Position numbers and translations under genes: made by a program. Under the pieces are notes generated by a model. The model saw nothing but the letters and a program-made list of their open reading frames with translations. It was not told the origin of the DNA and made no database searches. A stretch of DNA of 64,000 nt from a virus (lineage: Duplodnaviria; Caudoviricetes): positions 1,690 through 65,689 of IMG/VR virus record IMGVR_UViG_3300012987_000009, one strand, 5' to 3'. The stretch's first letter is position 1. Each line of letters starts with the position of its first letter. This document shows, one piece after another, positions 45,701 through 55,036 of this stretch.

Positions 45701-48169
45701 GGGCGAGTAGGCGAACCATCAATGACAGGCATAACTCACAGACAGATGGATATTCTAGCTGAAGAACTTGGGTTGCCTACATATGAAAAATCGCCAGAGC
45801 GTGTATCTGAATGGGATCAACAAGCTGCTAAAAAGTTGCAACAACCAGAAGCGCTTGATAATTTATTTACTAAGCTTCGTAATGGGGAATTGCCAGATCA
45901 TGTAGAAACTAGGATGATGCTTCAGTATATGGGTGATATTATGGCTAAAATAGAGCGCGATCCATATAATCGAGCATTACAGGATCAATTGCTACGCACA
46001 AAGGATTTATTTAATATAGCTGGCCGATTGCAGGGTAAGGGGCTGGCTGCTAGAAAGGGGCAGATACCTGTTGAAGAAACATTGCCTGATTTCATTATAA
46101 GAGACAGGGAAGTGAATAAAGCCCCATTAACAGACGAGCAGATAGCAAAATCTAAAGAAGAGTTTGAGGAAATTAAAAAGGCGAAGGATGACTATGAACA
46201 AAAAGTAGCCAAGCTTGAGGCTGAAAATGCAAGGTTGAAAGCTGAAAAAATAATCAAAGAACAAGCAAAGAAAACCACAAAACAAACAAAAGATTATTCA
46301 TCAGAAAGAAAACAGATAGTTTCTGACATAAGAACGAAGTTAAGAAAGGCAAGAGGGGAAACTAGTATTGTTGCAGTTCCTTATGCAAAGGAGCTTATTG
46401 CTATTGCGCCGGATGTGGTCAAACTTGCTAAGACATATATTGATCAAGGAGTAGCTGAATTGCCTGAATTAGTTAAAAGCATTAAAGATGCATTGGCTGA
46501 AGATATGCCTCATCTAACCGAAGTGGATGTGCATAATATAATTGCGGGGGAGTACAATGAGAAAAAGCCAACAAGAAGTCAATTGGCGCAACAATTATAT
46601 GATTTAAGAAGAGAGGCTAAGTTAATAAATGAGTTGGATGATCTGCAAAATGGTAAAACCCCCGTGGCTAAGGACAAGCAGTTGCAGCGGAATAGAAAGA
46701 TAGAGGATTTAAAAGGCCAGATAAAAGAGCTGCGTGATGAGCTTGGGATTACTAACGTAAACAAATTGTCAGCTTTAAAGTCAAGGTATAAAAAACAAAT
46801 TGCTGATATTGAGAATAAAATAGCAAGCAAGGATTATGGGCCAGATGTGAAACCTGAGCCGTTAAAACTAGACGAAGAAGCAATTGAGCTGAAAGATAAA
46901 ATGATCAAGGCTAAAGCTGAACGCGAAGCTAGGTTGGCTCAGATGGAATACGAGCAAATGTCTGGGAGCAAAAGGGCTCTTGATCTGGCAAATCAGTCAT
47001 TGGATGCCGTGAGGACTATTCAGACAAATCCGGACTTGTCATTTTTTGGAAGACAGGGGATAAAATATTTTATGACGCATCCCGTGCAAGGGCCAAAGCT
47101 GTTTTGGGAGTCAGTAAAGCAGGCGTTTTCGCAAAGTAGATATGACAGATGGTTGTACGATATTCACAACTCTAAGGCGTGGAAGCTGATCGAAGAAACC
47201 GGGTTGGCAGTATTAGACCCGAATACCTTGCATGCCGCACAAAGGGAAGAACAATGGAGGTCACAATTAATCCATAAGATACCAGGTGCGGGTCAGCTTG
47301 CCAAGGCAAGTGAGAGGGCGTTTACATCCGCAGCTAATATGGCCCGGGTGGATTGGTTTATGGAAGGAGTTAGTATTTTAGAAAAACAAGGTAAAACATG
47401 GGAAAATTCAGCCAATGAGTATAAGGCATGGGCAAGTGCGGTTAATAATATGACTGGTCGTGGTGGCTTGGGTAAATTTGAGCCTGTTGTTGGCCAGCTT
47501 GCTATCCCGTTTTGGTCACCTAGATTAATCGCCTCTAATGTGAATTTATTTTTAAACCCGGTTTATTATGCGAAAATGCCAAAAACATCACGCTTAATGC
47601 TGATTAAAAACATGGCACAGTATGTTGGAACCGGGTTAGCATTTTTAGGGTTGGCAAAAACACTCGGAGCAGATGTTGAGTTAGATCCAAGAAGCAGTGA
47701 TTTTGGAAAAATAAAAGTAGGCAATACTAGATATGATGTATGGGGTGGCGCGTCACAGTACATCAGAGTGTTGACGCAGATATTTAAAGGACAACGCAAA
47801 ACTGGGAATGAAATATCAGAATTGAATACACGATCAAAAGTCATGACTGGTGCAAATTTAATTAGAACTAAATTATCACCGATCATTGGTTTTGGCGTCG
47901 ATGCTTTCCTTGGAGAAAATGTGGTTGGAGAGAAGGTAGAATGGAAGGACGCATATAGATTACTGATCCCAATGTTATACAACGATATAAAAGACGCAGC
48001 CAAAGATGGAAAAGGTGGGCCAGAAACAGCTGCAATTGCCGGATTATTATCATTCCTTGGTATTGGGGCGCAGACATATGGTGGCAAAAAAGATTCCGGG
48101 GCGTCTACCACAAGATCAGTTAACCGAAGCCAAACAAGAACTAAATCTAAAAAAATAAAAAGAATTTAA
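42797..48169 (+). CDS. large ejection/polyvalent-type virion protein
   Basis: 1790 aa, coiled coils, Gly/Ala hydrophobic segments, C-terminal DPRSSDFGKIKVGNTRYDVWGG block. Confidence 0.65.
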   Translation: MAEEIIYDQVDGGGDPDPLGLRRQLKQVKKPTQAADPLGLRSQMRTANVQQPAFQVQVAQPTFRATQQTSELRPTGPSEPISIKKEEIGYIPDNRTIEVEKMRGKAQEAHKKIRDELLLNDDQYEKKLRELRRDNYTADDLIQEYKANGWPLPIQSEMPKLLQRAKQRQYEKPITPEDISDIKTGTVLDEKNARSFLKTLNKAEANANSFVIDKFNEISNDPDALERIPKIKNIEKEIKAGRVVYDPEKGQAFKPVGVIGSAIEAVKQKNQLYADRDFLKNTENDAAILSEYKARKKDQLDEPIPVPKGKLSEIIGGMAGTPWQIYAAGALGSLGGPQAGIAAATIVGGREMSKLEYPATFWRTMDELISQGVPEFESVHKARQQADQAAEVGAITGGAMGLVGARMGAAALPKVNLSQGFRQAAFNVLKQNGYELGKAGLEGLATGGVGVAGEIYKNKLAQSAGIKRDIDEGTKQVFEQNLLTTVALAGAIKLFKGVAPKNARQLMHGLSKLPDEQIGEMLSERVQSGDITQKAADDTQQRINEYRGLDKLIPEDVSEEARFKIQDKIKKRNDLDATLETTDKAYHTEIKEKIKALDEEIVSLTKENKQPVEKIPSGLSKEQEKEAIEVANEWIQEGILPPLYEGMVKQDPIGFWKMIAQQAQNMDENWRPLGNEINEQAIRDQFGDTVVDYAKELFPAPQTEVPKSVSVIQPGQINSPEIIGNDNIYIGDLIDKDVSYKGQKGTLYQDGQTVIFKVKGANREYEIGNIEEVKNSPINKYGIEHEASVVSINNDGEIVIRGNSYKNNYSDPFMAINRDADGNVISVSLETKDGQKRTFRGNIAEDIAYNIHLKEINKNNATKSEFEEFINSNEPTRKQVENGRLSEIDQEGAIKNNAEVQRSKIEPETIKPKEDAIQKRSAAPIIVDEATGHSQEVVGGIPESGEVAIPQEEGQRPPQEEGITPGEEGRVGEPSMTGITHRQMDILAEELGLPTYEKSPERVSEWDQQAAKKLQQPEALDNLFTKLRNGELPDHVETRMMLQYMGDIMAKIERDPYNRALQDQLLRTKDLFNIAGRLQGKGLAARKGQIPVEETLPDFIIRDREVNKAPLTDEQIAKSKEEFEEIKKAKDDYEQKVAKLEAENARLKAEKIIKEQAKKTTKQTKDYSSERKQIVSDIRTKLRKARGETSIVAVPYAKELIAIAPDVVKLAKTYIDQGVAELPELVKSIKDALAEDMPHLTEVDVHNIIAGEYNEKKPTRSQLAQQLYDLRREAKLINELDDLQNGKTPVAKDKQLQRNRKIEDLKGQIKELRDELGITNVNKLSALKSRYKKQIADIENKIASKDYGPDVKPEPLKLDEEAIELKDKMIKAKAEREARLAQMEYEQMSGSKRALDLANQSLDAVRTIQTNPDLSFFGRQGIKYFMTHPVQGPKLFWESVKQAFSQSRYDRWLYDIHNSKAWKLIEETGLAVLDPNTLHAAQREEQWRSQLIHKIPGAGQLAKASERAFTSAANMARVDWFMEGVSILEKQGKTWENSANEYKAWASAVNNMTGRGGLGKFEPVVGQLAIPFWSPRLIASNVNLFLNPVYYAKMPKTSRLMLIKNMAQYVGTGLAFLGLAKTLGADVELDPRSSDFGKIKVGNTRYDVWGGASQYIRVLTQIFKGQRKTGNEISELNTRSKVMTGANLIRTKLSPIIGFGVDAFLGENVVGEKVEWKDAYRLLIPMLYNDIKDAAKDGKGGPETAAIAGLLSFLGIGAQTYGGKKDSGASTTRSVNRSQTRTKSKKIKRI

Positions 48170-48170
48170 A

Positions 48171-48674
48171 ATGGCAAAAGTCTTAGTAAAGGTTGCTCCC
48201 AAGGCCGGTGATCCCACAAAGCCAACTTCAGGCAGTGATATGTATATTACTGGAAATAAAAGCAGAATTGATCAAGATTTCGATTTGAGAGATAAGCTAG
48301 CAGAATTGGCAGTCAGAGGAAATTCTTTAAACCCAGATGACAAAGCGGCAATATACGGATATTTAACAACTAACCTTGGGAAAGACAGGGCAATGAAATT
48401 GATGAACCATGCGTATATCTTTAATACAAGGCCGGATGTGCAGCGCTTGAGTCCAGAAGAAAAGCTGAAGTCATTCTATACAATAGGGTCGTCTGACCCG
48501 GATGTAATGGATCTCATTAAGAGAACAAAAAATTTAGGGTATGGGATATTGCCCGGATACCGGGAGTCTATAAGTGATTTGAATCAGGCTACACAAAGAG
48601 GTGATGTTGCTCCCCTCGTTCAGGGGATAGCCCCTGAAGTTAGGGAAAGGGTAAAGCTTCAGATTCGAAAATAA
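48171..48674 (+). CDS. hypothetical virion-module protein
   Basis: ORF coupled to the previous gene. Confidence 0.55.
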   Translation: MAKVLVKVAPKAGDPTKPTSGSDMYITGNKSRIDQDFDLRDKLAELAVRGNSLNPDDKAAIYGYLTTNLGKDRAMKLMNHAYIFNTRPDVQRLSPEEKLKSFYTIGSSDPDVMDLIKRTKNLGYGILPGYRESISDLNQATQRGDVAPLVQGIAPEVRERVKLQIRK

Positions 48675-48708
48675 ACACTATTTTTATTTAATATTTTAAC
48701 TGATTTGT

Positions 48709-49242
48709 ATGGCGTTTACGGGTTCATTTACGGTCACTCAGACAAGCGACATAACTAGTCTAGTCGTTACTGACACATCCTCTTATAGCTCTGAAGGACA
48801 GGGTACATTTTCGACCCGTAGAGTATATCTCTATAAAATAGATACGACTACCTTGGTGCCAAATGGTACATCAACGGCGTATATCGATTTCCCTTTCTCA
48901 GCAGGCGATTCTATTACTATAACAGGGGTGTTGTTGACGGATTATTCTTTGTCTGCCAATGTTGTTTGGCTATCAAATGCACCACAACCGGGGTCGGTTT
49001 ATACCGCTACTGAGGTAGTTACTTTCTTGAATTATATAAATGACTTTATTTATGGTAAGGTGCAACAGCTGTCCGCCAGCCCCTCACTGTTAAATGATAC
49101 GCAGTGGCAAGATAGTATGCAGGTAATGTATAACGAAAAGGAGAATGCGGAACAGGGCACATTGTATGATGACCAATTTGCTGCGCAATCAGCAATAGGC
49201 CGGGCATTTTATTTAATAAATAATGAAAATATGTTTTTCTAA
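48709..49242 (+). CDS. putative tail hub/collar protein
   Basis: Beta-rich N-half, helical C-half, just before the fibre gene. Confidence 0.5.
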   Translation: MAFTGSFTVTQTSDITSLVVTDTSSYSSEGQGTFSTRRVYLYKIDTTTLVPNGTSTAYIDFPFSAGDSITITGVLLTDYSLSANVVWLSNAPQPGSVYTATEVVTFLNYINDFIYGKVQQLSASPSLLNDTQWQDSMQVMYNEKENAEQGTLYDDQFAAQSAIGRAFYLINNENMFF

Positions 49243-49820
49243 TGGGCATATTCGTACCAACTACAACATATTTGAATTATGGCAAAATAAGTCAGTTCTT
49301 GGCGGCTGATCGAATCTCGGAGAACATGTTATTTAGGGGTAGCGATAAGGCTCCCAAATTATCATGGCTGATTGAATTAGTTAGGAAGGCGATTGAGTGG
49401 AAGAATGGAATTGACAGTTCTGATGAAAGCATAAATGAAACAAGTTTGTATTTGTATGACTTGTGCGGAAGATATATACGTGAAGCTAAACAGATATTGA
49501 ATGCCGGAGGTTCTGGCGAAATTATTAATCCTTCAACTGGAAACGCAGTGACTATAGCAACTCCAAATCCGCAGTTTAGGATAGGGCAACCAGGGTCTTT
49601 AATGAATGCCGGAGATACTCAAATTACATTCAATTATTCGGGGGTTGTAAATCCTAGTTTAGAAATAACATTGGATGGGACAGAGGTGCCCTATGGCGAT
49701 GCCTTCCAGTTCAGCTTTACAGCAACATATAACCCAACGAATGTGGTCGTTACATTTAGTAATCCTGTACAGAATGGGTGGCTGCTTAATTTTCACATGA
49801 TTCAATTAGTCAACATATAG
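49242..49820 (+). CDS. putative tail hub/fibre-attachment protein
   Basis: Helical N-half, beta-sandwich C-half; TAATG coupling. Confidence 0.5.
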   Translation: MGIFVPTTTYLNYGKISQFLAADRISENMLFRGSDKAPKLSWLIELVRKAIEWKNGIDSSDESINETSLYLYDLCGRYIREAKQILNAGGSGEIINPSTGNAVTIATPNPQFRIGQPGSLMNAGDTQITFNYSGVVNPSLEITLDGTEVPYGDAFQFSFTATYNPTNVVVTFSNPVQNGWLLNFHMIQLVNI

Positions 49821-49821
49821 T

Positions 49822-52800
49822 ATGAAGTATATAGTTTATATATTCTTGTTTTTACTGATGGGCATGACTGTAAGGGCTCAATTGCCTAGCAGTACATTCC
49901 CGTCTAGGGTATTCAACGGGAATACAAAGGCGCAATGGATAATATTAGACAGCCCTGCTGTTAATCCAATACTGGATACGTTTAATGCCAGGTATCCGGG
50001 AACGCAATTAGTAAGGATTCAAGGTGGAGATACTGCGTTCTGGTTTGGCGCTGGAGGTCATTTGTGGTTCAGGAGCTTATTAAGTCGGGATACTGTATCG
50101 TTAAGTAATAGAATTAACCTAAAACTAAACATAACTGATACTGCTAATAAATGGTGGGGTATTGGTAAACGGTGGGTAGATACGGTGTATCGTGTGAATG
50201 ATTCAACTGTAGGCTATACTATAAATGGGTCACCTTATACATTTGAGATAAAGGGCGGCGCTCAAGGCGGTGGCGGGGGAACTGGCACCGTAACGAGCGT
50301 TGGGTTATCAATGCCTTCTGCATTCTCAGTCACGCCGTCTACTATTACATCTAGCGGCACATTTAATGTTTCTGGAGCAGGCACATCTGCTCAATATATT
50401 AGAGGCAATGGGACGCTTGCGACTACTGACACTGGTATGATTCCGAATTTTTATGTAAAAGCGCGATCATTGTTTTCTGGCACATCTCCCATAACATATA
50501 ATTCAACGACAGGGTTATTGGGGGTGTTGCGTGCAAATACTAGTGGGCAATTAGGGGTGGCTTCATTTAACAATAGTGATTTCGTTGACAATGGAGCGGG
50601 GTTGATTTCACTTCGTAATTCAACTGGAGGAGCTGGGGTGGATACCATATTAAGAATACCAGGGGTAGACAGTATTTATTTTACAATAAGTGGAGTTCAG
50701 TATGCAATTAAAGATAGTTCTGGCATGGTAGTATATGCTAGTAATGGGTTGTCAAAAAATGCAGACACTGTTCAGCTGGGGCAAACAGTTGGCGCAGTGG
50801 GTAATCCTGCTGCGTTGTCAAGTAGTAGGGAGATCCCGTTGAATGGATTTAATACCGTATTTACTGGAACTGGGGGGCTCGCCATTGGGACATCTACTGT
50901 TGGCAACCGGAAATTAAATATATCTGCTACATCTACAACTCAAGGGGCTAATGTTACTACTGTGGATGGCACTGGGATAAACGTGGTGGCATCCGGAACT
51001 GGGAATGCAATGTTCGGTCAAGCGGGCGGTACGGGTACTGGGGTGACAGGTAGTAATTCAGGTAGTTCTGGGTATGGTTTAGTGGGGGTGTCTTCAAGTA
51101 ATAGTGCAATACCATTTAAGGCAAATAATTTCAGCACTCTTACAAATTCAGCGACTCCTGTAGTTGCAGAATTTGTAAGGAATGTTACAGGGATACCAGC
51201 GGATGGGGTGGGTCTTACTGTTATGTTTCGCGGCCAGACAACTACCACTACTGATGTGGAAATGGGGCAAATAAGAAGCTATTTTAGTACTGCATTGCAT
51301 GGTAGCCGGTCATCTGCCTTTGAATTTCATCTGGTAAATAATGCGGTGTCAGCTCGAAAGGCATTCCTTGCATCAACAGGGCAATGGACTTGGGATGGTT
51401 ATCCCGGCTTGACGGCACAAATAGATACGACTACATATAAGCCAGTCGCTATTGATGGTTCTGGTAATGTTGTGAAAATGGCTGGATGGGCAGGTAGCGG
51501 CGGTGGTGGTGGCGCTATATTGAATAATATAGGAACAGGGGGCGCTTGGGCGGCTACTCCTTCCGGTAATATAAAAAGAGCGGCCAACAGCAACACAATT
51601 ACATGGGATAGTACAAGTACCGCAAATTCATTAACGGCAAAAGTAGACACATCATATATAGCAACGCGCTCCATTTGCCAGTGGCCAAATGAACGGAGGC
51701 TTGATACATTTTATAAGAAAAATAATTGGATAAATGGCAATGATTTTACTATACACGGGGCGGCATTATTGAGTTCGAATGGTAACTTCTTGGATCTTTC
51801 AGGCGGCGATGGGACATATGGTAGTAACTACATTACATTCAGCAATGTAACCATGCTGTCGAAATGGAAGATGGTTCTGTTAATTAAACTAACTGGGGCA
51901 TTAGTTTCTGGGGGTGGCTTGGCTGCTGGGTTAAAATATGTGAACTCTAACGCACAATATGATATACAAGGGAGTTTTGCATTTAACACTACAGGGTCAA
52001 CGCCGATCTATATAGCTACTACTAGAGGAGGGGGAACCGTATATCAAACTAGTGGGGGCTCAATGTCGTTTAGCCAAAATGATGTTATAAAGTTAGAGTT
52101 TGAATTTAATGATAGCTCATTTACAGTTTCAGAAACAAATATAACAACAGCAGCAAGTCCCGTGTCTACTACATATAGTTGGGCGAATCCTACTGTTGCT
52201 GCCGGGCAAATACCCAACACATGTAGTTTTGCGATATTCCCTATTAAGGGGGCTCAACAGATTCAATCAATTACTTTAAGCTCGGCTGAAACGCAATTTG
52301 CTTCTGTGGCTATGATCGGAGATAGCAAAGATCAGTTGGGGTTTGCTAGTAGCTTCTCATCTAGAATAGGGAATGAAGTAAATTCATCCATGCCAACGAC
52401 TATTACAAGGGCTGGAGAGGGAGATGGGGTTACACAAACGATGGCCGGGCTTCCTGAGATAAAACTGCTTTCACCCAGAATTGCCTTGTTAAACATTGGG
52501 TCAAATAGTATCCGACAAGGCATGAATGTGTATCAAGTTTTTTCTGCGTATGACAGTATTGTAAAGTCTATCGCATCAACAGGGATTCAGGTGTATCATA
52601 TGGTAATGCCTGAGGATACAGTAGATAATCCAACCAGTGCAGTAGGAATGAGTTTATTTAAACAGATGGTGCAAAGCACATATGGGGCGTTTTATATGAA
52701 CAAAATATGGGATACCCTTGCGGATAATAATAACAGATTAAAGGCTGCGTTTGACTCTGGGGATGGCGTGCATTTGAATCAGGCTGGTATAGATGCCACT

Positions 52801-54222
52801 GTGGTGGCCATATTGAGTTCAAATAAATTAACGGTATGCCCCTCGCGAGTGAGAGATGATTATTTTATAGCGGGTACATTAACAAATTCAAGTACGTCTA
52901 CAGGCATAGCCATAGGCGGAACTGATAATTACATTTTAAAGAAGTCTGGCGGTAATACAGCCAATAGCCTGTTGTATGATGCCGGGACGGGGGTTGGGTT
53001 GGGAACTACCACTCCGATAAACAAATTAGAAATAACAGGCAACGATTTTACAAATAGTATAGTGAAATTTGGTAGTGCTGAAATTCAAAGTGCGGAAGAT
53101 TGTAATTCTTTTGTGTCTAATAATGGACATTTTAACGGAACTAACTGGCGGTACGCTACAAATGGCGGGGCTTCTATATATCAATTATATAGAGATAGCT
53201 TGGTTATATACCTTCTTCCTGCTGGCACCGCTGGCGGCACTATTAATCAAAGCCTTTATAAAAAGATAGAAATAGGGCCACGGGAATTTAGATCAAAAAT
53301 CCCTATAAAAACATTAGACAGTATTACATTTTTCAATTTAACAGCTCCTCCTTCTACGTATAACATTTTGGTGCATGGATTAACGGATAGTCTAGTATAT
53401 CAAGTGCCTGCTTCCTTGTTTGGTGGAATATCGAGTCTAAATGCGCTGACCGCCTCTACGCAGACATTTGCGACTGGCACAAGCGGGAGTGATTTTAATA
53501 TTAATTCGTCTACCTCAACACATACATTTAATATCCCATCAGCCTCTACATCGAATAGAGGGTTAGTCACCACAGCGGGACAGACATTTGGCGGCCAAAA
53601 AACATTTAATGATGGGATTGTTGCTACATCTGGTGTTAATCCAAGGGTGACTATAAATGGGAATGTAAGCACAACAATAGGGCCATCTACTTATGGAGAT
53701 GGCTTGTTGATTGATTTTATAACACACACTAATACTGGCGCTGCTACAACAATATCAGATAATGAGAATTTTAATTTCATTGCAAATCCTACATTAACTT
53801 CTCCGAATGCCATATCGTATACAGGGGATGTAGCTACGGTTAGATTTGTTGGCGCTCCAGTAGCCGCAGGCAGCACGACCATATCTCATCCTTGGAACAT
53901 TTTGGCAAATGACGTTAACTACTTTGCTGGGGTAGCAATGTCATTGAATGAGCAAACAGGGAGTGTTACGCTATCAAATGCATCTGGGATAAACATTTAT
54001 ACAGGGACAGGCGGTAGTACTTGGACGTTGCCTGCACTTGCCACACATCCTGGCAAGTTCATTTTTATAAAAAACGCAGGAAGTGGCAATCTTACGGTTC
54101 AAAGAGCGGGCTCCGATAATATATATGAAACCAGCTCGGTAACGAGCATCACCATAGCAGCGGGAGCTTCCAGAATGTTTGCAGCGGGGAGTGCGTTCTG
54201 GTATGTATGTACGTTCAATTAA
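49822..54222 (+). CDS. tail fibre/spike-like protein with Sec signal peptide and SGNH esterase domain
   Basis: MKYIVYIFLFLLMGMTVRA|Q; GTGTVTSVGLSMP fibre motif; IGDS...NIGSN...DGVH; C-terminal TWTLPA...KFIFIKNAGSGNLTV tip. Confidence 0.75.
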   Translation: MKYIVYIFLFLLMGMTVRAQLPSSTFPSRVFNGNTKAQWIILDSPAVNPILDTFNARYPGTQLVRIQGGDTAFWFGAGGHLWFRSLLSRDTVSLSNRINLKLNITDTANKWWGIGKRWVDTVYRVNDSTVGYTINGSPYTFEIKGGAQGGGGGTGTVTSVGLSMPSAFSVTPSTITSSGTFNVSGAGTSAQYIRGNGTLATTDTGMIPNFYVKARSLFSGTSPITYNSTTGLLGVLRANTSGQLGVASFNNSDFVDNGAGLISLRNSTGGAGVDTILRIPGVDSIYFTISGVQYAIKDSSGMVVYASNGLSKNADTVQLGQTVGAVGNPAALSSSREIPLNGFNTVFTGTGGLAIGTSTVGNRKLNISATSTTQGANVTTVDGTGINVVASGTGNAMFGQAGGTGTGVTGSNSGSSGYGLVGVSSSNSAIPFKANNFSTLTNSATPVVAEFVRNVTGIPADGVGLTVMFRGQTTTTTDVEMGQIRSYFSTALHGSRSSAFEFHLVNNAVSARKAFLASTGQWTWDGYPGLTAQIDTTTYKPVAIDGSGNVVKMAGWAGSGGGGGAILNNIGTGGAWAATPSGNIKRAANSNTITWDSTSTANSLTAKVDTSYIATRSICQWPNERRLDTFYKKNNWINGNDFTIHGAALLSSNGNFLDLSGGDGTYGSNYITFSNVTMLSKWKMVLLIKLTGALVSGGGLAAGLKYVNSNAQYDIQGSFAFNTTGSTPIYIATTRGGGTVYQTSGGSMSFSQNDVIKLEFEFNDSSFTVSETNITTAASPVSTTYSWANPTVAAGQIPNTCSFAIFPIKGAQQIQSITLSSAETQFASVAMIGDSKDQLGFASSFSSRIGNEVNSSMPTTITRAGEGDGVTQTMAGLPEIKLLSPRIALLNIGSNSIRQGMNVYQVFSAYDSIVKSIASTGIQVYHMVMPEDTVDNPTSAVGMSLFKQMVQSTYGAFYMNKIWDTLADNNNRLKAAFDSGDGVHLNQAGIDATVVAILSSNKLTVCPSRVRDDYFIAGTLTNSSTSTGIAIGGTDNYILKKSGGNTANSLLYDAGTGVGLGTTTPINKLEITGNDFTNSIVKFGSAEIQSAEDCNSFVSNNGHFNGTNWRYATNGGASIYQLYRDSLVIYLLPAGTAGGTINQSLYKKIEIGPREFRSKIPIKTLDSITFFNLTAPPSTYNILVHGLTDSLVYQVPASLFGGISSLNALTASTQTFATGTSGSDFNINSSTSTHTFNIPSASTSNRGLVTTAGQTFGGQKTFNDGIVATSGVNPRVTINGNVSTTIGPSTYGDGLLIDFITHTNTGAATTISDNENFNFIANPTLTSPNAISYTGDVATVRFVGAPVAAGSTTISHPWNILANDVNYFAGVAMSLNEQTGSVTLSNASGINIYTGTGGSTWTLPALATHPGKFIFIKNAGSGNLTVQRAGSDNIYETSSVTSITIAAGASRMFAAGSAFWYVCTFN

Positions 54223-54260
54223 TAATTTTTTATACCCCCTATACTTTAAAATACATGTAG

Positions 54261-54680
54261 ATGAATAAATATCCTGATTTTTGGTCAACATTGCTGGGCA
54301 ATGGGTCTTTGGGAACATTTTTGGCGTATTTGGTTATATCTTATTTTGCCGCTACTGCAAGCCTATTGTTTGAGGCAAGTAACAGGGATATAGCTAGCGA
54401 TAACACCCCTAAAAAATGGAGCACTCAGTTTCTTTTGGCATCTAATGTTCTTAGGCTAGTTGCCAACCTATTGACAATCCCACTACTAATCCGGTTAGAA
54501 TATCAGTATGTTGATATGGAGTGGATGATACTGCTCGTTATTGCACAGGGCATACTGATAGATCGCGCCTTTATGTTCCTTAAAAATATAGGTGTATTGG
54601 CTTCTAATAGGTTTGCATCGAAAGTTGCTGATAAAATATCTAGCACTGATTTAGTAGTAACCAAAGGCGATAATCCGTAA
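54261..54680 (+). CDS. multi-TM membrane protein (holin candidate)
   Basis: Three hydrophobic segments; start of the lysis block. Confidence 0.55.
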   Translation: MNKYPDFWSTLLGNGSLGTFLAYLVISYFAATASLLFEASNRDIASDNTPKKWSTQFLLASNVLRLVANLLTIPLLIRLEYQYVDMEWMILLVIAQGILIDRAFMFLKNIGVLASNRFASKVADKISSTDLVVTKGDNP

Positions 54681-54724
54681 AACATGGCGAATACCATGGA
54701 AAGAATTAATCAAAAATTGGAACC

Positions 54725-55036
54725 ATGCACCGTATCTATGAATGGGTCAGAATTATCTTTAAAGAAAAAGTCAATGCCTTTTTTAAAGGATTTACTGGCG
54801 GCAGCATTGTATCTTATCTCTTTTTATATAATAGCAACTTTTCTGGCAAACATGATATACTCATTGCTACAGTAGTTAAGATTATTGCTATTGGGGTTGG
54901 TGGTGTAATATCTGGATTTGCCAATATCCTGGGAACTGACTTCTATAAATGGGCAAAAGCAAAAGTATTAAAGAGGAAAACAAAAATCAAACGAAACAAT
55001 AATGAAACAAAAACAAGAGTTAAAAGAGCTTCTTGA
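54725..55036 (+). CDS. holin-like membrane protein
   Basis: Two hydrophobic segments, highly basic C-tail. Confidence 0.55.
   Translation: MHRIYEWVRIIFKEKVNAFFKGFTGGSIVSYLFLYNSNFSGKHDILIATVVKIIAIGVGGVISGFANILGTDFYKWAKAKVLKRKTKIKRNNNETKTRVKRAS

Noticed and set aside
42797-48169. Virion RNA polymerase in the 1790-aa protein
   Set aside because: No DxDxD catalytic motif recognised; composition fits a helical ejection protein
53900-54222. T9SS C-terminal sorting domain on the exported fibre
   Set aside because: C-terminus resembles a phage fibre tip (TWTLPA...IKNAGSG), not a T9SS CTD
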